A stretch of DNA of 41,016 bases from Stramenopiles sp. TOSAG23-3 (taxonomy: Eukaryota): positions 1-41,016 of the forward strand of contig LT642179.1 of assembly GCA_900128585.1 (NCBI GenBank). The letters run 5' to 3'. Of this stretch, positions 30,786 through 40,474 are shown one piece after another. Position 1 is the stretch's first letter. Every line of letters begins with the position of its first letter. A model generated the notes under the pieces. That model was not told the DNA's origin. It saw only the letters and a program-made list of their open reading frames with translations, and made no database searches. Made by a program: the position numbers and the translations under genes.

Positions 30786-32166
30786 ATGGCGAAACAACCG
30801 TTTGTTTTAGTATCTTCGTATACGAGTAAGTTTCCCCGCCGCCGCCGCCGCCGGCGGCCTTCCCTTCCCTACGATCTCCCTCTCTCAACTAACAGTCTCA
30901 TTACTTTTTCCCTTCTAAGCATTTTCGAATTTGGCGCATGGGCCAAGAGGGACAGAGTCCAAGTATTCTATGTGGACGTTTCGACTCGACCCCTCCGATG
31001 GGCAAATGACCCTGCTTTCCGTGAACGCCGATGACAAAACAACAGTCAACCCAGCGTTCTCAAGAGTTCACCCCACGAAGAACATTTTGTACGCATGCAC
31101 CGAATCCGTAGAAACTAACGGGGAGGTTCTGACTTGGAAGGTGAACCCAAAGACTGGCATGCTTAACCTTATCGGCCGCGCAGACGCGTGTGGCACGTCG
31201 ACCTGTTACATTACTCTCGATAGGCAAGCCAAACGGGCGTTGATAGTGAACTACTGGAACTCTACCATTGTAGTCCTGACCATTTTGCCGAAAATTGGTG
31301 CGATTTCGTCCACATCTCCGTTTATTTTTGATCCCAACAGGGGTCGAGTCATGTCAGTCAGCCACAAGTCCCATGTTAACCATTCGGAAAACGACGAAAA
31401 TGTTCAGAAAGAGAGGCAGCTTGACCCTCACTCCCATGCTGTGATTTTGGATCCGTTTTTCGGAAAGATTGTTTTCGTCCCGGACTTGGGCATGGATTTA
31501 ATCCGGCAAATGGTCTACGATGAAAACACCGGGATAATACAACCGCGGGGGTTTGTGAAGAGTGGCCCACCAGGGAAAGTGGCGCTGGGTCCTCGGTACA
31601 TTGAGTTCCACCCTTCTCTCCACGTGGCCTACGTGGTGAACGAGCTATCCTCGGAAGTGGCAGTGTTTGCGTTCGATAAAGCTATCGCACAGGAAATAAT
31701 CTCTTCGGCAAGTGGCCAAGGCAATGATGACGACGCGGTGAAGCAAACGCTCAGTCTTTTCCAAAACGTAAGGACAATACCGGAAGGGTTTCCACAGGAA
31801 ATGAATACGTGCGGCCGCATCACTGTGCATTCCAGTGGGCGGTTTGTATTGGTGTCTAATCGTGGTCATGACAGCTTGTCAGTTTTCAAAGTGGACAGCG
31901 TTACGGGTAAGCTTTACGATCCGAAGTTTTATCACACTCGAGGAAGCACCCCAAGGCACTTTCAATTCGACCCTTCTGGGCAGTGGTTAATTGTCGCCAA
32001 CCAAGATTCCAACTCCATTAAGGTTTTCCAATTTAATCTTAGCACAGGGGCAATCGACTATACAGGCAACACGTACGCGGTCCCATCCCCAAATTTTGTG
32101 TGCTGTTTTGCACCTCGCAGCCCTTCTGTCGATTCCGACGAACAAGTGCTAGCGTCGAGATTGTGA
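30786..32166 (+). CDS. Seven-bladed beta-propeller lactonase (6-phosphogluconolactonase Pgl/YbhE, cycloisomerase-2 family); exons 30786..30825 and 30920..32166
   Basis: Motifs LIVNY, RQLDPHSH, VFVPDLGMD, GPRYIEFHP, AYVVNELSS, FVLVSNRGHDSL, GSTPRHFQFDPSGQWLIVANQDS. Splicing gives in-frame MAKQPFVLVSSYTTFSNLAHGPRG. Confidence 0.9.
30826..30919 (+). other. Spliceosomal intron, 94 nt, phase 1
   Basis: GTAAGT donor at 30826, ACTAAC branch-point-like sequence at 30888-30893, pyrimidine tract and TAAG acceptor ending 30919. Its removal joins an ATG exon in frame to the lactonase ORF. Confidence 0.88.
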
Positions 32167-32316
32167 AAACAAAATGTTCAGATTCATGATTCAGTTCCGA
32201 TATCTCACTCGTAGGTGACTCAATCCTTGTACGATTTTCCAAGCAGCGGCTTAATAATTTTAGAGGTGCTCGTTGTCTGTCTTGTAAATCAGTCAAGGGA
32301 TTGTCATCTGTGGGTT

Positions 32317-32395
32317 GAGACGTCGGGGGAGGGTCGTTTGTGTCATTTTCGATCAGCGGTGCGGTAGATGTGGTTCGATGGCGTGCCATCGTCCT
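32317..32395. repeat. Dispersed repeat, copy B; matches 1..79
   Basis: 66/79 gapless identity with the window start. Confidence 0.9.
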
Positions 32396-32440
32396 GCTGG
32401 CAATGCTCTGATTCCCTGTGTCTTCCTCTGAGGATGAATC

Positions 32441-32791
32441 TTAAATTATTAAAAGCAAGAAAATTGGCTTAAATTATTAAAAACAAGAAAATTGGCTGTT
32501 ATTTAAATTATTAAAAACAAAAAATAAAGGGCTGTTATTTTTCTAAGTTAAACAAGAAAATTGGCTGTTATTTAAAGTAATTTAACTATAAGTTTATTTG
32601 AAATTTCCAATTCACCCTTCCTTGCAAATGTAAATTTGTGTTTTGTCCACCAAAGTTGTACTGCCTTCTTGGTATCATACTGCGATTTGTTTCTGCTCCT
32701 TTTTTTTCTATGAACCAAGTTAGGATTAGGGTATGAGGAAGCTAAATTTAATTACTTGAATAACAGCCAATTTTCTTGTTTTTTTCTATGA
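32441..32791. repeat. AT-rich direct-plus-inverted repeat structure (foldback/MITE-like candidate)
   Basis: About four direct copies of an AAACAAGAAAATTGGCTGTTATT-type unit in 32441-32583 and an inverted copy at 32759-32783, a perfect 25-bp complement of 32479-32503. Confidence 0.8.
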
Positions 32792-32863
32792 TAGATCGAT
32801 TTAACGTTACGTTCGCTTGACACAAGACCATCTCTAAAAAATTAAAGCACATTTTGTTTTTTC

Positions 32864-34612
32864 TTAATGTTCGCTAAAGCTCAACAGCTCGACATCATAA
32901 ATTAGAACCGCATTGGGTGGGACCAGACCGGGCAAACCAAACTCTCCAAACCCTAACGCTGGGGGGATGATAATTTTTGCCCGCTCGCCTACACTCAGCT
33001 GGGACACCCCATTGTTTATTCCCTTAATTACCTGTTCGGCTCCAATCCTAAAGCGCAAGGGTTTTCTGCGATCTCGGGAAGAGTCGAACATTGCGCCTCC
33101 CGATAGGTATGAGTTGTAATGGAGAATAGCCCAGTCTCCTTTTTTCGGATAATTCTTTCCGTCTCCAGCGCTAAAAATTTCAACATTGACCCTGGTTGAC
33201 TGCCGCAGCTCATTCATGCTTTTCCCTCCAGTACCCAACAAAAATTGTTTCGATAACGCCATTTTCTGCGACGGGGATTCAGGGTTAGGCGAATGAGGTG
33301 ATCCGACTCGCTGGTGCCCATCTTCGTGCCCGCCGTGAACATGAACAGGTCGATAGGAATTGGTGTTATGGAAAAATTGAGAGCAATAACGACAAATTGG
33401 CACTTTATCGTAGCATCGAGGCACCTTTGCCAACATCCCCCCGGCTTCACCGCCGTTCAGTCCCCATTTCTGTCGAAGGTCGAGGACCGCTTTAAAGGAA
33501 ATTTTTAACGGCAGGTTGACATTCAAGTATTCCAAGCGACACAGAGCACATTTCTTTTTGTTTTTACCACTGTATTTTTCTTGAGACCGGGCTATTGACA
33601 AATAATCTAAGTCTATTTCGTTCTTCTCCAGGAGATCTTCCCATATCGCAGTGTCTAACGCATTTTCCTTCTGAATCTTCATGTTTTTTCGAAGCATCTT
33701 GAACCGTACATCCCACGGCATCCAGCTCTCGTTCGAACGCCTGGACATGAACTGTCGCATGACGGTCGCTTCATCTAGGTCTTCTTCAAGGTCCATCATA
33801 AGGTGCGGGTCGTTCGTGTCGGACATCGGCGACCCGATGCCCCCCGAGCTTCCGGCGCCGCCCATGCGCCTCGTATCGTTCGCAGCAATGCCCATGTCAA
33901 TTTTCTTCTTCGCCAATTGCCGCTTGCGTTTCTCTGCTTGTTTTTTTCGTTGGCTGGGTCCTAAAGACCGCTCCAGGCTCATTTGCAGGTCATGGACGGA
34001 CTGAGACTTGAGCTGAAACTTCGACATGGCCTCTTGCGCACGTCGCGCCTCTTTCCTCGCGTCGTTTCGGATTTGCTTTTCAGCAATTATTCGATCTTTG
34101 GTGGACGTGACCTTAAGCTTGTCTTTCGGAACTTTTACGTGCGCCAGTGGTTCTAGCCGAGTCTTCGACTTGGTTGAGCCCTTCAAATTGGACATGGACG
34201 AACTCCCTATCGACGAAGAGCGCCTCTTACCACGCTTCGGCCCAAAACTCCCCAGTTTTGTTTCTACCATTTCTTGGATAAGAATTTCCAGCAGCGACGG
34301 GTACGACGGAGTTCGCCGTTTGTTCTGTTCGCACAGGGTCGCCAAGTCGAGGTAGGTGCTCATATCGTACCATGCCTTCACCGACGGCGCGTCATACTCA
34401 AGCTTCTTGAGTTCGGTGTCGAAAACGCTCAGCGTCCTTTCAAAACCGCGCTCTTGCAAAAAGTTACGAAGCATCGTTTGCGCAAAGCCTAAAACTACGT
34501 CGCTCTCTTTCGTTACCATGCTGGAAGACCCGTTCTTGCCAATATCTGCAGGCGATTCGCGTACAATTTTTCGCCGTGGCTTGAGCAAGGCGGCTGCCTC
34601 AGGGTTGTACAT
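32864..34612 (-). CDS. Multidomain protein: N-terminal LisH-like motif, central CxxC..CxxC module, C-terminal FKBP-type PPIase domain
   Basis: MLRNFLQERGFERTLSVFDTE (LisH pattern); CALC..CRYC; GDGKNYPKKGD..LHY..FDSSRDR..IGAEQVIKG..LSVGERAKIIIPPALGFG..VPPNAVLIYDVELL. Confidence 0.9.
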   Translation of the reverse strand: MYNPEAAALLKPRRKIVRESPADIGKNGSSSMVTKESDVVLGFAQTMLRNFLQERGFERTLSVFDTELKKLEYDAPSVKAWYDMSTYLDLATLCEQNKRRTPSYPSLLEILIQEMVETKLGSFGPKRGKRRSSSIGSSSMSNLKGSTKSKTRLEPLAHVKVPKDKLKVTSTKDRIIAEKQIRNDARKEARRAQEAMSKFQLKSQSVHDLQMSLERSLGPSQRKKQAEKRKRQLAKKKIDMGIAANDTRRMGGAGSSGGIGSPMSDTNDPHLMMDLEEDLDEATVMRQFMSRRSNESWMPWDVRFKMLRKNMKIQKENALDTAIWEDLLEKNEIDLDYLSIARSQEKYSGKNKKKCALCRLEYLNVNLPLKISFKAVLDLRQKWGLNGGEAGGMLAKVPRCYDKVPICRYCSQFFHNTNSYRPVHVHGGHEDGHQRVGSPHSPNPESPSQKMALSKQFLLGTGGKSMNELRQSTRVNVEIFSAGDGKNYPKKGDWAILHYNSYLSGGAMFDSSRDRRKPLRFRIGAEQVIKGINNGVSQLSVGERAKIIIPPALGFGEFGLPGLVPPNAVLIYDVELLSFSEH

Positions 34613-35995
34613 CTTCTTGACACGTGTGCTGGTGCGGGTTACTTGTTTTCTTTATTTGAAACACAAACAATATAAAAACAATTCCGGAGTTAAAGTGTCT
34701 TAATTATTCCAAACGCAGGTTGATTTGATTTATAAAATTAACGATTTCTTCTCCGATTTCAAGTATTAAAAAAGTTAGATATTTTCTTCTTGTTTAATTT
34801 TTATTGTTTGTTTTTTGTGTGTGATTGTTTTTTTCTTCTTCTTCTTCTTCTTCTTGGTACTTTCTTGTTGTTGGTTGTTGTTCTGCTGGGTCCGCCGATA
34901 GATCAAATGATGGGAGGAAGGGGAGGGGCATAGGGCGGGGGGCGGGAGGAATACAATAATAATAATACAATTGATCATTTTTTATTCTTCATTTTTTTAT
35001 TTATTTAGACTTATTATTATATTACAGTCTATACTACGTACGTACATAGCTAGTATAATATTCTATCAAGTACGTACGAGTGAATTAGTGTATTGTACGT
35101 AGTGTAACATTATTATAACTAGACGACTCTTCACAATCATCCCAACCCAACCCCCAAACCACAACGGACAAGTGGTTTTTTGACCAACAATTAACTAGAC
35201 GACTAGTAATACGAGGTAGTCGTCTCCTCAGCTGTATTATTACATACGAGGAGACTACGATAGTCTAATAAATAACATCGTACGAGAGGGAATGAAGATT
35301 AAGAGATGAAGAGTGACGGTCCTCAATCTTCATTCTCTTTTCTTCATTTCTTCTTCATTTCTTTTTTTCACATTTCTTCATTCGATTCATTCTTCTGAAC
35401 GTTGCCCCTTCCTCTGCCGTTTTATATTTCTATACTATTTCTATATTACAGTATGTTTTTATTTAACCCTCTTCCTCTATTTATTTTTACTACCTCGTAC
35501 TCCTCGGATGACAAAGTAGTAGCGCAGCGTAGCCTTGAAATATGTAGTATTTCGTATTTTACGTCTACGTAGTGATAGACGACTACGAGGTAAGAGGACT
35601 CCTCGTAATACACTTTCTTACCTATAGATAGTATTGGTATAATATAATAGTAGGTACGTAGAAGATTTGCTCTTCTTTTTAATTTTTATTATTATACTAT
35701 TATATACACTCTATACTACTACTACCAGTATTACATAATAATAATTACGACACTACTTCTTTTTTTTTAATATTAATTCGAAACAGCATTTGCCACATTC
35801 ATGAAAGGAGTTCAAACGTAATTTAAAGTGTAATGTCGATGAAAGATATTTATCATTTGTTATTTAGTTTTTAACCGACTGCTATTTATTGAATAGATCA
35901 CTCTTTAACAATCAAAATATTTTCACGAGAGAGTGTACTTTCAACAACAATTGAGAGCTCTGCTTGACGGGAGGGGTATAAAAAGAGCTGGAAAT

Positions 35996-38836
35996 ATGGG
36001 TTACAGCGACGACGAGGAAAACGTCCCAGTTTCTACCGCTGAAGTAAAAGTGCCACGGATAGCCTTTCCCCCGCAAGAGCACACCTTGTGGTCTGCCTGC
36101 TACTTTGGAAACGAACAGCTTGCTGAAGAGTTTATTGCCGAAGACCCTGAATGCATATTGGACATAGACGAGCACGGGAAGACGCCGCTGCACTACTCTC
36201 TTGCACGCAGTAGCATACGGACCGCGTCCGTTGTGCTTTCTGTTCCACTTGAGGAGCAGTGCACGATATACAAAGATAAATTATTAGAGTTAGCGAAACG
36301 CTCACACAAAATGGGACGTTCCATGGTAAACGAAGAGGACTTGCGCCTGTGCGAACAGTGGCTCAACGAAGAACGCAGTAGGTACGCGTCGGAGTTCCAA
36401 GCCCAGTGCTGCCAAGTAACGTTCGACATGTTGTGCATCATGGACAACAATGGCTTGGCGCCGCTGCACTACGCTGCAACGACTCGGGACAACACTCTAA
36501 GTAACATCGTACAGCTTTGGTCGACCTTTGCGCAGAGCCATATCCAGTTCCGTGACAACAAGCGGGCCTTTGGAGCCGGCTCTGCTGCTGACGAAAACTC
36601 GTTGGCAAACCGCCTGATGAAACATGAAAACAGCGTCGTCAAGCGGAAAACGAAGAAAATAGCGCTGAAGAATGTAAACGTCAAGGACAAAAACGGCAAC
36701 ACGCCGCTGCACTATGCTGCTGCGTCGGGGAGCAACAGTGCACTGCGTCTATTGGTGTCTTTAGGGGCGGACAAAATGATTCGAAACAAGAACGGGCAAA
36801 CCCCAACAGAACTGGCGAAAGATCGGTTCTGTCGAATGGCGCTGATGCAGATGGCCGAAGCTGCAGACGCTGCCATCGATCAACGATCGCCCGTAGATAT
36901 AAACGAGGGCGACGAAAGTGGGGACGAAAGCGGATCCACCAAAGACAGCGTAAAGTCAGTCAGTAAAATGCGAACGATGAAAAGTTTAATCGATCGGGGG
37001 GAAGATGTGAATGGTGTGTCTTCTATCCAGTCCAACACTGCACTCCACAGGGCAGCCATTCGCGGCCAGGTTGATGTGACAGAAACGTTGCTGAAGTCTG
37101 GCGCAGATGTTGAGCAAACAAACTGCAACGGATGGACTCCCTTGCATTGCTGCGCTTATTTCAGTTCTCGGGACCACCGCAGTGTCGCCGCAGCACTTTT
37201 GGATGCTGATGCAGACATAGACGCACGGACACTGAGAAAGCGCACGGCATTGCACATTTGTGTGCTTCAACTGAACGTGGACTCTTCCACGCCAAAACCC
37301 GCGGCAAAGCCGAACAAAACGTTAAAACAATCGTCTGAAAAGTGGCTCAGGGCACAATGGGGAAGCTACGATGAGAATACCAGAAGCAACCAGAGGTGTC
37401 CGCAGCGAAAAATTCGACAGTCCAAAGAAATCAGTGATTCAGTTATTGGAATGATTGGATTGCTAATTCGAAGCGGTTGCCGCATTGATGCCAAGGACGG
37501 CGATGGTAAAACAGCGTTGCACCACGCGGCTGAGTACGGTAATCCCAGAACGGTTTTTGAACTGATCCAATTGGGAGCCGACCTGTACGCAACATGCAAG
37601 CGTGGGTTCACTGCATTGCACTACGCAGCTACTCGTGGAAACGACGAAGTAGTGCTTTTGTTAGTAAAGTTAGATTGTGAAGATAGAAAGCTGAAAATGA
37701 TGAGAAATTGTGCTCACCAACGGCCCTTTGATGTAGCATCGACACGGAGAACTCGGGAAGCTATGATTAATTTGTGGGAAGCATGCGAAGATGGACAGCT
37801 GGAGCGTGTGCGGGGGTACTTGAGTAATGTGCCATCCATTGGCCGGAACGATTCCGGCGCAGTCACGGGAGAGGAGGTTTTATCAGCTCTAAAACCTTGG
37901 ATGCCCGTTACAGTCAGAGAAAAAACTCGAAAGTCGAAACGCTCGTGTTTACATTTGGTTGCCATTGGTGCGGGCGTTGCCAGGAGTGACATTGCAAACA
38001 AGTTGAAAAGTAAACGCAGGATTGACCGCGGTGTCAATAGCGATAAATTTTCCAAAAATCTGAAGCAGAAACTATCGAACTTTAAATTACTGACAAAATT
38101 ACTGCTGTCTAAAGGCGCCTCTGCAAACGAAAAGGACCAGTACGGAGCTACCCCGTTAATGTACGCAGCACAAGGGGGGATTTGCTCGATGATGAAAATC
38201 CTTTTTCGCGACGGGGATGCCGACCTGGAAATTCGCGACAAGTACGGAAACACGGCAATGCACTACGCGATTGCTTACAGCCAAATTGCAGCAGCCAATT
38301 TCTTGGAAGACCAAGGCGCAGATGCACTGGCTCTGAATGATAACGATGAGTCTCCAACGGATGTAGCTGCTATCCGGAAGGACCTTCTTCCTCACTTGAG
38401 CAAAAAAGCAATGAGACGTTTCGCAGCATCAAGAAAGAGTGCAAAAAAGAAGAAGTCGAGGAAATCAGATGACGATGACGATTATGATGATGACTACGAA
38501 GATGACGGCGATCAAACGGAAGACGGGTACTCAAGTTATTCTTCATCCGCGAACGACACCAAGGCAAGGACGAAGTCAAAGTCAGCGACGAAAAAATTGA
38601 CTGATATTGCAAAAGATGTAGATCGAAAGAAAAAGAGCAGTAGCTTGAAAGATATAGCCGATGAGGTGGATGAAGAAGAGAGTCAAGAAAAACCAACAAA
38701 ACCATCACGACCATCAAAAAGGAAAGGAAAACCAGTCGAAAATGCAAAACCACCAAGTGGTCGTCCCGGAGGACGCCCTGCTGGTCGCCCCGGAGGTCGT
38801 CCAGGGCGCGGAGGTCGCCCAAAACCATCAAGTTGA
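35996..38836 (+). CDS. Ankyrin repeat protein with acidic/basic tail
   Basis: Many ankyrin repeats (GKTPLHYS, GLAPLHYAA, GNTPLHYAA, NTALHRAA, GWTPLHCCA, GKTALHHAA, GFTALHYAA, GATPLMYAA, GNTAMHYA); first ATG at 35996. Confidence 0.92.
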   Translation: MGYSDDEENVPVSTAEVKVPRIAFPPQEHTLWSACYFGNEQLAEEFIAEDPECILDIDEHGKTPLHYSLARSSIRTASVVLSVPLEEQCTIYKDKLLELAKRSHKMGRSMVNEEDLRLCEQWLNEERSRYASEFQAQCCQVTFDMLCIMDNNGLAPLHYAATTRDNTLSNIVQLWSTFAQSHIQFRDNKRAFGAGSAADENSLANRLMKHENSVVKRKTKKIALKNVNVKDKNGNTPLHYAAASGSNSALRLLVSLGADKMIRNKNGQTPTELAKDRFCRMALMQMAEAADAAIDQRSPVDINEGDESGDESGSTKDSVKSVSKMRTMKSLIDRGEDVNGVSSIQSNTALHRAAIRGQVDVTETLLKSGADVEQTNCNGWTPLHCCAYFSSRDHRSVAAALLDADADIDARTLRKRTALHICVLQLNVDSSTPKPAAKPNKTLKQSSEKWLRAQWGSYDENTRSNQRCPQRKIRQSKEISDSVIGMIGLLIRSGCRIDAKDGDGKTALHHAAEYGNPRTVFELIQLGADLYATCKRGFTALHYAATRGNDEVVLLLVKLDCEDRKLKMMRNCAHQRPFDVASTRRTREAMINLWEACEDGQLERVRGYLSNVPSIGRNDSGAVTGEEVLSALKPWMPVTVREKTRKSKRSCLHLVAIGAGVARSDIANKLKSKRRIDRGVNSDKFSKNLKQKLSNFKLLTKLLLSKGASANEKDQYGATPLMYAAQGGICSMMKILFRDGDADLEIRDKYGNTAMHYAIAYSQIAAANFLEDQGADALALNDNDESPTDVAAIRKDLLPHLSKKAMRRFAASRKSAKKKKSRKSDDDDDYDDDYEDDGDQTEDGYSSYSSSANDTKARTKSKSATKKLTDIAKDVDRKKKSSSLKDIADEVDEEESQEKPTKPSRPSKRKGKPVENAKPPSGRPGGRPAGRPGGRPGRGGRPKPSS

Positions 38837-38916
38837 GTTGTGCAGCCCAAAATTTAAAAAAAGGTAATTAAATATTTTCCTGCGTAAAAAACTTTAATTT
38901 AGAAAAAATGTTTAAC

Positions 38917-39333
38917 TTACTTTCGGCGGGTTACTTCTATTATCTGCTTCGTTGCACAGTTCATTCGATTAAGAACAGCTTCCGCCATTGATGGCTTCAG
39001 CGCTGAATTCACACGGGGGTTTTCACAATACGTGCTTGGGTAATTTCGTTTTTCGGGTTTCCTCTTTTTGGTTTTATTTATTACAAACTTCTTAATTTTT
39101 GGTTTAGTTGATTTTTTCGGGGGTGCAACTGACTTTGTTCTATTTTTACTTTCACTTGGTTCGATTGATCGATGTTTTGCAGAATTATTCTCTCGCGTGC
39201 CCCATGGACCCCAGTCTTTCTTCTTTTTGTGCGTTTTTGGAGACCGAAGAGCTGTCAGTGTATTAGTGATTTCCTTTTCCGTTCTTCTTTTTGAGGCAGT
39301 ACTGGTCTTTCCTTGATTAGAAACCTTCTCCAT
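38917..39333 (-). CDS. Small Lys-rich hypothetical protein (138 aa)
   Basis: ATG-initiated ORF filling the space next to the convergent ankyrin gene; no domain recognised. Confidence 0.5.
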   Translation of the reverse strand: MEKVSNQGKTSTASKRRTEKEITNTLTALRSPKTHKKKKDWGPWGTRENNSAKHRSIEPSESKNRTKSVAPPKKSTKPKIKKFVINKTKKRKPEKRNYPSTYCENPRVNSALKPSMAEAVLNRMNCATKQIIEVTRRK

Positions 39334-39692
39334 TGCACAATACTTTCATCAATGCAAGGTATTACCACATTCGCTTCTTGTACAACTTGTGTTTATAATT
39401 TTATTGGCAAAAAACAGCCTTTATTCGAGTACCGGTACTACCGAACAGGCACATTTCGACCAGTACAAAAACAAACGACGACGAGTAATAGAGTGTAAAA
39501 AAAAGTTTGATTTTTTTGTTTTGTGAAAAAAAAAATAGTAGTTATATTACATTGTAATAGCATTGTAACGGATAAAACACCCACCACGACCAACAACCAA
39601 CAACAACGAGGACGGTACCGGTAAGTACAATGGTTCGAGGATCGTGATGAGTGATGTCCTCGTCGTAGTATATATACGATGAGCAAGACATC

Positions 39693-40474
39693 ATGGTGTA
39701 CATGATGCTGAAATTAAATCACAAGTTTTTCGTCTTCGCTAACGAATTGTCACTTGCTGGTGATCCTTCTTTAAAATCCATTAGGGGCAGATTTTCATAT
39801 AAGGGCACGAAATTATTGTTGCAAAAGGAAATAGACGATAACCCAGACCGTGGTTTTTCAAAAACTTTAAAAAAATGGCGACGATGGAAACATTTCGCGA
39901 AGCCTACTATTGGATGGTTGAGCAAAAGAAGAAAATTAAGAGAAAAATATTAGGCCCCAATAGTGAAACCATTTCGGGAATATACTTTGACATAGAGGAG
40001 GGCATATCAATGGAGGCTGCAGCTTATCTGGAGCTGGTGAAACTTGGGAAACATTTGAAACCTGATAAATTTTATTCCAGGAAGATGTGGCTCGAAGCTT
40101 GCTTTTATGGTCGTGTAGAAATGGTCAGATTAGGATACGAGAATTATAAAATGCAGCGGGAGAAGAAACAAAGCCATGTTGATTTTTGGGAACGTGTTGC
40201 AAACCAAGCGATGATTGAAGTGTTAAGGTGCCCGACTCCTAACGTGGAAATAATAAAAATATTAGTTGAACAATTGGGAGCAGACCCAAACTATCATGAC
40301 AAAAAAACAGCTGACACACCTGCGACTATAATATGCAGGAAGGAGCCGCATGATAGTCCATCAACACTATCAAAAAAGATTGCCATCTGCGAGTATTTTT
40401 TGCAGAGTAAGAGGGTCAACTTTCTGTACACCGTTCCGTGCTTCCTACCGCGGGACACTCATCCTCCCATCTAA
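39693..40474 (+). CDS. Ankyrin-repeat-containing protein, apparently split (ORF 39693..39953 plus ORF 39875..40474); possible pseudogene
   Basis: Ankyrin-like WLEACFYGRVEMVRL and NVEIIKILVEQLGADPNYHDKKTADTP in the second ORF; the two frames overlap at an A7 run (39869-39875). Confidence 0.55.

Noticed and set aside
305-34612. NPRL3 and an FKBP protein as a TOR-pathway cluster, or ELOC plus RING as a ubiquitin-ligase cluster
   Set aside because: The genes are far apart or separated by unrelated genes; the FKBP is not a stand-alone FKBP12 and the RING is not RBX-like, so there is no evidence of functional clustering.
38759-38820. 12-bp coding repeat (GRPG/GRPA) at the ankyrin protein C-terminus
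   Set aside because: Short low-complexity tail with no evidence of a separate function.
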